Shown here piece by piece: positions 1 to 7,225 of a stretch of 14,019 nucleotides of DNA. Each line of letters opens with the position of its first letter. Within the stretch, counting starts at the first letter, position 1. Location of the stretch: positions 1 through 14,019 of the forward strand of contig JAQBUT010000044.1 of NCBI GenBank assembly GCA_027623195.1. Reading direction: 5' to 3'. Origin of the DNA: Chloroflexota bacterium (GTDB lineage Bacteria > Chloroflexota > Dehalococcoidia > Lucifugimonadales > JADFKI01). A program made the position numbers and the translations under genes. Below the pieces are notes generated by a model. That model saw nothing but the letters and a program-made list of their open reading frames with translations. It was not told where the DNA came from and did no database searches.

Positions 1-156
1 CCACCGGGTCTGATGTATACCGAAATCGAGAGGGCCTCAGACCTGGGGAAGAACATGGTCAGTACTTCGTTGAAAACTCTTGGCGATAAAGTAGAAAGCG
101 CCGGGACGGCAAGAAGCCATACCAATCCTATGCGCTTCTGGAAGGCCCTTCACTAG
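1..156 (+). CDS. 3' end of a gene running in from outside the window; C-terminal HTH/winged-helix-like tail, possibly of a mobile-element AAA/primase-helicase or DNA-binding protein
   Basis: Frame +1 is open from base 1 to TAG at 154-156: PPGLMYTEIERASDLGKNMVSTSLKTLGDKVESAGTARSHTNPMRFWKALH*. The segment GLMYTEIERASDLGKNMVSTSLKTL has HTH spacing and is followed by a wing-like segment. The family assignment is inference from the pattern and the island context. Confidence 0.55.
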   Translation, partial: PPGLMYTEIERASDLGKNMVSTSLKTLGDKVESAGTARSHTNPMRFWKALH

Positions 157-205
157 TCGCACGGCCTATATATGAAGGGTGTTCGACTAGTTGACCTACG
201 AGACA

Positions 206-1402
206 CTACCTCTTTTGAAGACAAAATATTGTTCTGTCACCGAATTGCCATGACTCATTACTCGGTTGTAAAATGATATTCGCCGATGGTTCGCACCGGT
301 CATCACCAAGCCCGAAAATGTAGTCTTCCCCAGGATATTCTCCTTCCAAATCAATTTTGAATGAAGACAGTACTTTTTGCTCCCAGTCACCAAAACATGA
401 AACAATTTCAACATTTACCATGGCTAAGTCCTTGACGAAACATTCACCTGCCATGAGTGACGCGGTGTCAACCAATCTATCCAGCCTATTGGGATTCAAT
501 TCGGAAAGGCCGAAGCTCTCTTGAACACATAATATTTCATTGTCTCCTATGCTCCATGAATCCCGGGTAGGGCTAAATGTCGTGGTGTATCGCCGGTCAC
601 ATTTATTGAAGATGAGTTTAGAAAAATCTGCATCAGTCGGAAAGCCAATATCAGACTCGATAATCAAAATATCAAGGACTTTGAACTCCCACTCACCTCG
701 GCAGCTTACCACCTCAACTGAATTGGCCTCAAATTGAATTGGCGGATCATTAAAACAGTCGCCCTTTAACAAGTGAAGTTCATGCACCAATCGATCCAAG
801 ACCTGAGAATCCGAATTGGCAAGACCGTAGCTATCTTGAACACAGCTTATTGTTCTGTCGCCAGACTCCCATGATTCTCTCGTCGGTAGGATAGTTTTGT
901 TGTATCTTCTATCACAGTTTTCAAATGCAAGCCTATCAAAAAGGTCATCTCCGGGATAATTACCATTGCGGTCGACAACGAACGAGTTGAGAATCCTCTG
1001 ACCCCAGTCGCCTGAGCAAGGCACCAGTTCAACGTCATAAATATCTACTCCAGTTTGAATTGGGTCTCCACCTCTCCAATTGAAACAGTCACCGTCCCTC
1101 AAGTCAAAACTGCTAATCTTTGCACTTAGTACCGGAGTGGGAGAGGGAACTGGCGTGGCAGTTGGTCTTGGTGTTGGAGATGGCTCCGGAGTTGATGTAG
1201 GTATCGGTTCAAGGAAAGCTTCTGGTGTCGATAAAGAGTCGGGTGTTTGCAAGGAAAGAATCCCGGCTGAGGCATCGCGGGCTTCCTGGCTTTCCTGCGC
1301 AGCCTTATTCGACTGTCTAATTTTCTGTACTTCCGTCTCGCAAGCCAATAGAGCGAGAAAGTTCACCGCAATTATGGTGATCAACCACCAAGTCTTCGGC
1401 AT
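206..1402 (-). CDS. Lipoprotein (398 aa) with Pro/Thr linker and three tandem septum-formation-related (Septum_form-like) Cys-rich domains
   Basis: ATG at 1402 follows AAGAAGGT (RBS-like) and is a better start than the GTG at 1489. Signal peptide MPKTWWLITIIAVNFLALLAC ends in an LLAC lipobox, followed by a PTSTPEPSPTPRPTATPVPSPTP linker. Three repeats each show L-x-x-G-[DE]-C-F ... V-[PS]-C ... C ... P-x-x-x-S-W-x-x-G-D-[RN]-x-I-x-C. Confidence 0.85.
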   Translation of the reverse strand: MPKTWWLITIIAVNFLALLACETEVQKIRQSNKAAQESQEARDASAGILSLQTPDSLSTPEAFLEPIPTSTPEPSPTPRPTATPVPSPTPVLSAKISSFDLRDGDCFNWRGGDPIQTGVDIYDVELVPCSGDWGQRILNSFVVDRNGNYPGDDLFDRLAFENCDRRYNKTILPTRESWESGDRTISCVQDSYGLANSDSQVLDRLVHELHLLKGDCFNDPPIQFEANSVEVVSCRGEWEFKVLDILIIESDIGFPTDADFSKLIFNKCDRRYTTTFSPTRDSWSIGDNEILCVQESFGLSELNPNRLDRLVDTASLMAGECFVKDLAMVNVEIVSCFGDWEQKVLSSFKIDLEGEYPGEDYIFGLGDDRCEPSANIILQPSNESWQFGDRTIFCLQKR

Positions 1403-1634
1403 ATCTGTATCGACCTTCTTAACGATGTAGGCGACTTCTAACCTTAGTGGCCGTATATTACGTCTGAGGTCGCTCAGGGTCAAACCCACCGGATCATAGA
1501 CAGTCCTGGGGAAGAGGCTGGAGCGGATACACGGTTGTGATTATCGGGGATGTCAGCCTGCCAGGGCTGCGAGGTTGGCCAGAGCGAGGCATAGGATGAG
1601 ACCTGGGATGGTTGCTGATGAAGGAGGCACTGCG

Positions 1635-2005
1635 ATGATGACGGTGAGTGTTTAATTCGTTTTCCTGTGTGGACTTTTGATATTAATGGCAGCCTGTACT
1701 TCTGTTAAGGTGCCGTCGACGCCTGTGCCTTTTGTGTCGGATTTGGCTGAGGGTGAAGCAATAGCCGCAGTGCAAAAGGAATTGTCTTATAGGATTCTTA
1801 CTCAATATTCCATCTACGACTGATTGGGAATGATTTGAATTGCTTGTATTTCTTTATGAACCTGGCAGAATTCTCATTCTCCGAGGAGTACCAGGGCGAT
1901 GGTGTTTGGAGAGTCGGTAGTAACTACGGAGTTCATTGACTCTACTTCGAGAGGACTGGGAGTGTTTCGGCATCTCCAGCATCTAATCAAACGCCAGGGT
2001 GTTGA
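1635..2005 (+). pseudogene. Disrupted small lipoprotein gene (in-frame TAA, a frameshift and an in-frame TGA)
   Basis: AAGGAGG at 1621-1627 precedes ATG at 1635. Reads MMTVSV*FVFLCGLLILMAACTSVKVPSTPVPFVSDLAEGEAIAAVQKELSYRILTQ (TAA at 1653-1655, lipobox-like MAAC). After a frame change near 1805-1823 it continues IGNDLNCLYFFMNLAEFSFSEEYQGDGVWRVGSNYGVH*LYFERTGSVSASPASNQTPGC* (TGA at 1937-1939, probably from TGG). Confidence 0.65.
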
Positions 2006-2189
2006 ACGATGGGGGTGTTGTTGTGACAGCGGTATCGACGCGTGAACACGGCCACACTTGGGAAGGGACGCTGCCTAGTTGTAAAATCTGCCAGAGAAAG
2101 ATTATCAACTGTCCTGTCCGCCAAGTAGTTATCCATAAAGGCGGCCGCCGCCTAATTGCCTGCGGCATCGCCAGACCATGGCATGGCAA

Positions 2190-2211
2190 ATGGTCACTAC
2201 ATGGTCACTAC
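2190..2211. repeat. Perfect tandem 11-bp direct repeat ATGGTCACTAC x2; candidate tyrosine-integrase arm-type binding sites
   Basis: ATGGTCACTAC at 2190-2200 and 2201-2211, about 115 bp inside the tRNA fragment. The repeat is seen directly; the function is inferred from lambda-family att architecture. Confidence 0.65.
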
Positions 2212-2324
2212 CTGACAAGGATTGATGGGGACAGGATAGGAAACGGAATAGTGATTACGGTCGATTTAGCCCTGTAATACCGCCTATACACGGACAGGCT
2301 AGGACTGCCAAAGAAACGCCAATT

Positions 2325-2373
2325 CGGTTTCGTAAACCGCAGGTCGGTGGTTCGAGTCCACTCGTAGGCTCCA
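2325..2373 (+). tRNA. 3' half only of tRNA-Thr(CGU); attachment-site (attR-like) duplicate, not a complete tRNA
   Basis: Anticodon arm CGGT-TTCGTAA-ACCG (anticodon CGT), variable loop AGGTC, T arm GGTGG-TTCGAGT-CCACT, acceptor 3' strand CGTAGGC, discriminator T, CCA. The expected 5' strand GCCTACG and the D arm are absent at ~2298-2324. Confidence 0.9.
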
Positions 2374-2396
2374 TTATCTCCATATTGGAAATTGTA

Positions 2397-2432
2397 AATG
2401 GCCAGCAGATAAACCTACTGGCCATTCGTTTT
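2397..2432. terminator. Hairpin terminator after the tRNA 3' end, probably also serving the convergent PrpD-family gene
   Basis: AATGGCCAGCAG-ATAAAC-CTACTGGCCATT (one mismatch) followed by CGTTTT. Confidence 0.65.
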
Positions 2433-2472
2433 CGTCGGTTAATTTGCTAACGTCGTTCGCAACATAAGTGCA

Positions 2473-4017
2473 TTAACGCCCGCTTCCGTATATTCCTTTT
2501 GACGGGGCTCCTTCCAAAACGGCGGCGTCAAGCTTGGCGGTCAGGCCGCGCAATTCAGGCCCGGTCAGGGTCTCCAGTTTCTCTACCTCACCACCCAGAC
2601 GATCTTGTTCTTGCACGCTGCACATGCCGGCAGTCAGGTCCCGGAATTTCTTCACGTATTCTGGTCTTCCCCAAGGGCTGGCCCCGTAGACGTGGGCATT
2701 GGCTACGGCCTTCTCGTCCTCAATCCTGGAACCGTCTGCAAACGTGATGATCATCTTCCCGCCGAAGGCCTGCTCCTGTGGGTCCGTTGAGTGGTAGCGT
2801 TTCTCCCACTGCTCGTCGAATGTTGTTTCGACCTTCTTTAACAGGTCGGCCAACGCCTGATTATCCCGTATGGCCTGATAGCTTCGCTCATGGTGCCATT
2901 CGCCCAACTCCATCGTCCTGGCTATGGCAAACATGATGCTGTGGTCCAGCGTGCCCCTGGGAGAATTCAGGTCAGTCTTCTCCGGATCGTTTGCGTCGGT
3001 CCCGATAACGTGATGCGTGTGGTGACTCGTCTGCAACTCGATGTGGCGGATCTGGCCGATGCCTCCCCTGTCCATGACCTGCTGCCGCATTTCCAGCGCC
3101 AGGTCTATGATCGCCTGCCCCTGATACTCGAATGAGTGCTCTTTGGGGTACGTAATTAAGATATTGCGAAGGCTGTCCTTTCCAGGCTCAGCCAGCTCAA
3201 TCTTGTAGGTAGAATCGGGGCCATCTAGGAACTGCGTGACAATACTGTCCACGCCTTCGTAGACAGGATTAGGCCCCATCAACCCATTCATCGCGCTGTT
3301 CACGGCGTCTATTGCAATCTCCGCTGAAAAGCCGGGGACGAACTCCTTTTGCGCGCCGATCTTCCCTTTACGCGATTGCCTGGAGGACACGCTGTTGTGC
3401 ACGGCGAAGTTCACGGCATTGTAGATTTCGACTGTCGAAAGGTTGAGCATGGCCCCGATGCCCGCAGCCGTCCCGGCGGCTATGTGCGTCATGTGGTCTA
3501 CTTTATGTCGGTGAAGACTTATGCCCGTGCCGTGCCCAGTCCCCACCAGCGCGACCTGAATCTCGTAGGCAACGACTATGCCCCTAATCAGGTCTTGTCC
3601 GGATAATCCCATGTGCTGCGCGACGGCGAGCATCGGGGAAATATTGTCATCTGGATGCGAGTACTCGGCGGCAAGGTAAGTGTCGTCCTGGTCCAAGAAC
3701 CGCACGGCCACTGCATTGGCAAAAGCCGCTTTCTCGGGGGCGAAAGTCCTGCCGTTATCCACGCCATACAGGGTGGCGCCGCCCACGCCCTCGCTCGGGA
3801 GAGCCTTCGCTCGCGCGACGGCTACCGCCCTTTCGTTAATGGCGGCTATGGCTATCGCAGCATTGTCTATGAGACGATTTTTTACCATGGCACGAACGTC
3901 ATCGTCGATGCCCACTTTCGTCGCCTGACTGGCAACTTCCGCTATCTTCCACGCCAGCTGGTCTTCCATGGGAAGATCACCACTGGTCTTTTCTACAACA
4001 ACGTCATGTATACGCAT
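2473..4017 (-). CDS. prpD: MmgE/PrpD family protein (2-methylcitrate dehydratase-like)
   Basis: 514 aa with family motifs ANAVAVRFLDQDDTYLAAEYSHPDDNISP, RQSRKG, KEHSFEYQGQA, TSHHTHHVIGT, TLDHS and AFGG...ANAH. Exact substrate is uncertain. Confidence 0.88.
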   Translation of the reverse strand: MRIHDVVVEKTSGDLPMEDQLAWKIAEVASQATKVGIDDDVRAMVKNRLIDNAAIAIAAINERAVAVARAKALPSEGVGGATLYGVDNGRTFAPEKAAFANAVAVRFLDQDDTYLAAEYSHPDDNISPMLAVAQHMGLSGQDLIRGIVVAYEIQVALVGTGHGTGISLHRHKVDHMTHIAAGTAAGIGAMLNLSTVEIYNAVNFAVHNSVSSRQSRKGKIGAQKEFVPGFSAEIAIDAVNSAMNGLMGPNPVYEGVDSIVTQFLDGPDSTYKIELAEPGKDSLRNILITYPKEHSFEYQGQAIIDLALEMRQQVMDRGGIGQIRHIELQTSHHTHHVIGTDANDPEKTDLNSPRGTLDHSIMFAIARTMELGEWHHERSYQAIRDNQALADLLKKVETTFDEQWEKRYHSTDPQEQAFGGKMIITFADGSRIEDEKAVANAHVYGASPWGRPEYVKKFRDLTAGMCSVQEQDRLGGEVEKLETLTGPELRGLTAKLDAAVLEGAPSKGIYGSGR

Positions 4018-4143
4018 AAGATTGATACCCTTTTATATTTTCTTTCTAATTCTGATTTGCCGTTTCCACAAATTTGGTATGGCGGGGACAGTATAGCGAA
4101 ATTGCCAATTAATCCGCGACACCAGAGTGTCGACGAACGGCAT

Positions 4144-4172
4144 TTGACTAATTATTTACCGATATTTACAAT
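4144..4172 (+). promoter_or_regulatory. Sigma70-type promoter TTGACT-N17-TACAAT
   Basis: -35 at 4144-4149 and -10 at 4167-4172, each 5/6 consensus, with a 17-nt AT-rich spacer. It points toward the amidohydrolase about 240 nt downstream. Confidence 0.6.
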
Positions 4173-4416
4173 TCGGCCTTTACGAAGGAACGCTGCGAAT
4201 AGACGCCGCCTGACATAGCATCAGCCATCAGATATGATACTTTCGAACCGACGCCATTACATGCCGCCTAGCACGACGTAAAGGCGTGAGCGACGTCAGA
4301 GCATGGTGATAAACTAGTCCGCCCGAAGGTCGCAAAACAGTTGTAACCTTTTCGTAATCGACGAATCTATCGACCTGTCGCATATGATTGGCAGGCGAAT
4401 ATATGGAGGAAAAGAC

Positions 4417-5442
4417 ATGCCATTTGGAGGAAGTGATTGGCTTGCGTTGACCACTGAGGCCACGCTTGAGCCGGAGATCCCAATTTGCGATCCCCACCAT
4501 CATTTTTGGGACCATAGGCCCGCCCGTATCCCCTATCAGCGATACCTTCTTCATGAGCTGGCCGACGATGTAAACAGCGGTCACAATGTGAAGTCCACGG
4601 TGTTCATAGAGGCCCGCTCCATGTACCGGGCAGACGGACCAGAAGAGATGAAACCCATAGGCGAGGTGGAATTCGTGCAGGGGCTTGCAGCGGCTAGCGC
4701 CAGTGGCGTCTACGGGCCGAGCCGGGCCGCAGCCTCTATCGTGGGCCACGCCAACCTGCTTCTCGGGGACCGCGTCGAGCCTGTGCTGGAAGCCTTGCAG
4801 GTTGCCAGTCCAAATCGCTTCCGTGGAATTCGGCACTCCGTCACCTGGGACGCACATCGCGACGTTGAACTCACGGCTGCCCACGTAATGGAGGGCCAGC
4901 TGGCAGATGATGGATTCAGAGCCGGGGCCAGGGTTCTGTCACGAATGGGCATGTCTCTTGAAGGCTGGTTGTTCTTCCCACAATTGCCTGAACTGGCCGA
5001 CTTCGCTAGGGCAGTGCCTGACCTTCCCATAATTCTGAACCACATTGGCGGACTGCTGCGTGTCGGACCATACGGCGATCGCGAAGACGAAGTGATGACC
5101 ACATGGCGAAACGGAATTGCGGCCGTGGCGGAGTGCCCGAACGTCTACGTCAAGCTAGGAGGCATTGGCATGCCTCGCACGGGCTTCGACTGGCACGACA
5201 GGGAAAAGCCAATAGGGTCTGAAGAACTAGCAGCCTCTATGGCGCCTTTGATGGAGTACTGTATCGAAAAATTTGGCCCCGAGCGCAGTATGTTCGAGAG
5301 TAACTTTCCGGTGGACAAGGTCTCCTACTCATACAACGTGTTGTATAACGCCTTCAAGCGGCTCTCCAAGGGATATTCAGCCTCCGAGCGGGCGAATATG
5401 TTCCACGATACGGCGTCCAGGATCTACCGCGTCGAAATCTAA
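4417..5442 (+). CDS. Amidohydrolase family 2 protein (TIM-barrel hydrolase, sugar-lactonase/COG3618-like), 341 aa
   Basis: GGAGGA RBS at 4405-4410 before ATG 4417. Motifs ICDPHHHFWD, FRGIRH, ILNHIGG, NVYVKLGG, RSMFESNFPVD. Confidence 0.9.
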   Translation: MPFGGSDWLALTTEATLEPEIPICDPHHHFWDHRPARIPYQRYLLHELADDVNSGHNVKSTVFIEARSMYRADGPEEMKPIGEVEFVQGLAAASASGVYGPSRAAASIVGHANLLLGDRVEPVLEALQVASPNRFRGIRHSVTWDAHRDVELTAAHVMEGQLADDGFRAGARVLSRMGMSLEGWLFFPQLPELADFARAVPDLPIILNHIGGLLRVGPYGDREDEVMTTWRNGIAAVAECPNVYVKLGGIGMPRTGFDWHDREKPIGSEELAASMAPLMEYCIEKFGPERSMFESNFPVDKVSYSYNVLYNAFKRLSKGYSASERANMFHDTASRIYRVEI

Positions 5443-5451
5443 TACCCGCTT

Positions 5452-5511
5452 CCAGGGGTGCCCGTAGCCCGTTAATGGCGAATATCGCGCCCTAAAGGGT
5501 ACCCCTGGTTT
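5452..5511 (+). terminator. GC-rich stem with large structured loop just after the amidohydrolase stop; possible terminator or 3' stabiliser
   Basis: CCAGGGGTGCCC (5452-5463) pairs with GGGTACCCCTGG (5497-5508) with a near-perfect match. The 33-nt loop contains GGCG...CGCC, and TTT follows. Confidence 0.4.
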
Positions 5512-5769
5512 GTACGATAGCTAGCGGCAAAAGAATGTTTGCGTCACAAGTTGTCACCATCCTTCCATTGAGCATTAGAGGAGTTTTTGATAAAACAGTA
5601 GTTGTAAATGCCTTAATTTGGGGTAGCCGGCCCTTATTTGGCTGCACAGGCTGCACGAAAAGCCAATTAGGTAGCTAGCAGATAAGAGATAGCGTTGATT
5701 CCACTGCCTAGGGGAATGCTGACGGGTCATACGGGAGGCCGAATAAGGCCGCGAGGGGAAACGGGTAGA

Positions 5770-7112
5770 TTGATCAAGGCATCGCCACTTTTAAAAGTTA
5801 CGCTCACGGGGCTGGCCGGCGTATTGGCGCTGGTGGCAACAGGTTGCGTTTTCGCCACCGAGCCAGAGCAAGATGTGGTATTTATTAACATCTCCACACC
5901 CACAGCTACCGCCACGCGCCTGCCCAGGGCAATTCCTGAGGGCCGGGCTGCTCCTTTGCTAGAAATTCCGCAGGCTGTGACCGTGGAGGCCTCGACGCAG
6001 GAGCCATCGTCTACACCAACCGTTTCCGCCACGGAGGTCACCGGTGTTTCACTAGTTCCTGCCACGGCAATACCGACGAAAACAGCCGTTCCAAGCCCCA
6101 CGCCCACTGCTGTGCTGAGCCAACCACAGTCGCAGCCTACGGCCACGGCAACGACTGTGGTTGGCTCAGCATCGACTCCCACGGCTACGAGGACGCCGGC
6201 ATCTCCTAATGACCCACCAACTATTGAGGTGCTGGAATTCGACGGTAGAAGCGTCTCATCCCCAAACGACCTTCAACGAAATGCCAAGCCCGAAGAACAG
6301 ATTGATATGAGGGTGCGTGGCAAAGACTCGGACGGCAACTTGGCCTTCATTGCTCTCATAGGCACAAACGGAGGGGAACTGGACCGCAAATGGTGCGAGG
6401 AAAACCGACGAGAGCAGTGCACTGTAGTATTCTCCGTAAAAGCCGAGAAGCGCGTAGGGGAGACAAAACCTTCTTTGCTTTGGCTGAGGACTTGAGAGGC
6501 AAACAGTCTAACACCGTTCAGATGAGCATTTTGACCGAAAGAGCGGCTTTGGGTAGCAGCGGCGGAGGCGGCGGAGGCGGTGGGGGCAGCAGTAACACGC
6601 CTACGCCTACGCCTACCCCTACGCCTACGCCTACGCCTACCCCTACGCCTACGGCGACGCCCGTGGTCACGCCTACGCCTACGGCGACCCCCGTGGTCAC
6701 GACGACTCCAATATTATCTCTAGATAGCGATAGCGGCGATGTGAACGAAACTATTTCTTTAGACCTGACGTTGAGTGAAGTACCAGATGGTTTTTCTGGA
6801 TTCCATGTAGAAATTACCGTGAGCGAGCCCACTATCGCCGAGATAACCGACGTTCTTTACAATCCGCTTTATTCGATGCATACAAAGGCTCCAAGTATAT
6901 TTCCCACCGCTTCAGCAACCCTCTTCGCTGCGGATCTCAACACGATGATACAAGGGGGGGAAACGAACATAGTGCTGGCAACGGTAAATCTGAACCTGAA
7001 ACTGTCGGGTCAGACGCCGATAATTTTGACCCTCGGGTTATTCGGAGTTCAGGATGAGCTGGGAGGCATTATGACAGTTGATCTCGTGGATGGCCTTGTG
7101 AACGCCAACTAG
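5770..7112 (+). CDS. Frameshifted surface lipoprotein: lipobox, Pro/Thr/Ser linker, Ig-like domain, Gly/PT linker, C-terminal cohesin-like domain
   Basis: TTG 5770 follows GAGGGG; signal LIKASPLLKVTLTGLAGVLALVATGC. An Ig-like segment starting NDPPTI... is completed only in the -1 frame (…KTFFALAEDLRGKQSNTVQMSI). One extra base in GGGG (6457-6460) or AAAA (6465-6468) fuses ORFs 5695..6495 and 6390..7112. The C-terminal ~135 aa (LDLTLSEVPDGFSGFHVEITVSEPTIAEITDV...AADLNTMIQGGETNIVLATV) has a cohesin beta-sandwich pattern. Confidence 0.72.
6600..6701 (+). repeat. Coding tandem repeat for the PT linker: (CCTACS)x9 plus a 30-bp duplication
   Basis: CCTACG/CCTACC units run 6600-6653. Segments 6642-6671 and 6672-6701 differ at one base. 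A GGCGGAGGC x2 poly-Gly tract precedes them at 6561. Confidence 0.95.
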
Positions 7113-7187
7113 GTAGGTCTATATACCAAGAACGTCCGCCAGACCAACAGTTGGCTAACTATTGCGAGAATATATATTAGAATAATG

Positions 7188-7225
7188 AAGAACGGGATTA
7201 CTTGTAGGTAATCCCGTTCTTTTTT
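7188..7225 (+). terminator. Intrinsic terminator of the cohesin-domain gene
   Basis: AAGAACGGGATTAC-TTGTAG-GTAATCCCGTTCTT perfect stem followed by a T run. Confidence 0.88.

Larger units (their letters stand above)
1..2373. mobile_element. Right-hand end of a tRNA-Thr-integrated genomic island; integrase and attL expected upstream of the window
   Basis: 3' tRNA fragment, tandem arm-like repeat on its 5' side, accessory and decayed cargo genes that look more AT-rich than the downstream genes, and housekeeping-type genes resuming after the tRNA terminator. Confidence 0.75.

Noticed and set aside
1553..1630. Minus-strand peptide VPPSSATIPGLILCLALANLAALAG* resembling a lipoprotein signal with Cys changed to stop
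   Set aside because: Only 25 codons, no RBS and no convincing continuation; cannot be told from chance.
1999..2277. 92-aa plus-strand ORF and 68-aa minus-strand ORF (1983..2189)
   Set aside because: No RBS, no recognisable motifs, and they overlie the att-proximal region with the arm-like repeat; probably spurious.
5705..5729. Minus-strand GACCCGTCAGCATTCCCCTAGGC resembling the 3' part of a c-di-AMP (ydaO) riboswitch
   Set aside because: Wrong strand for the adjacent gene, and the 5' conserved elements (GCTGAA, GGGGGAACC, GGGTGAATC) are missing.
6599..6653. GCCTACG units in the tandem repeat equal the missing 5' acceptor strand of the tRNA fragment; also considered as a CRISPR-like array
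   Set aside because: A 7-nt coincidence fully explained by Thr-Pro codons; no D arm and no unique spacers.
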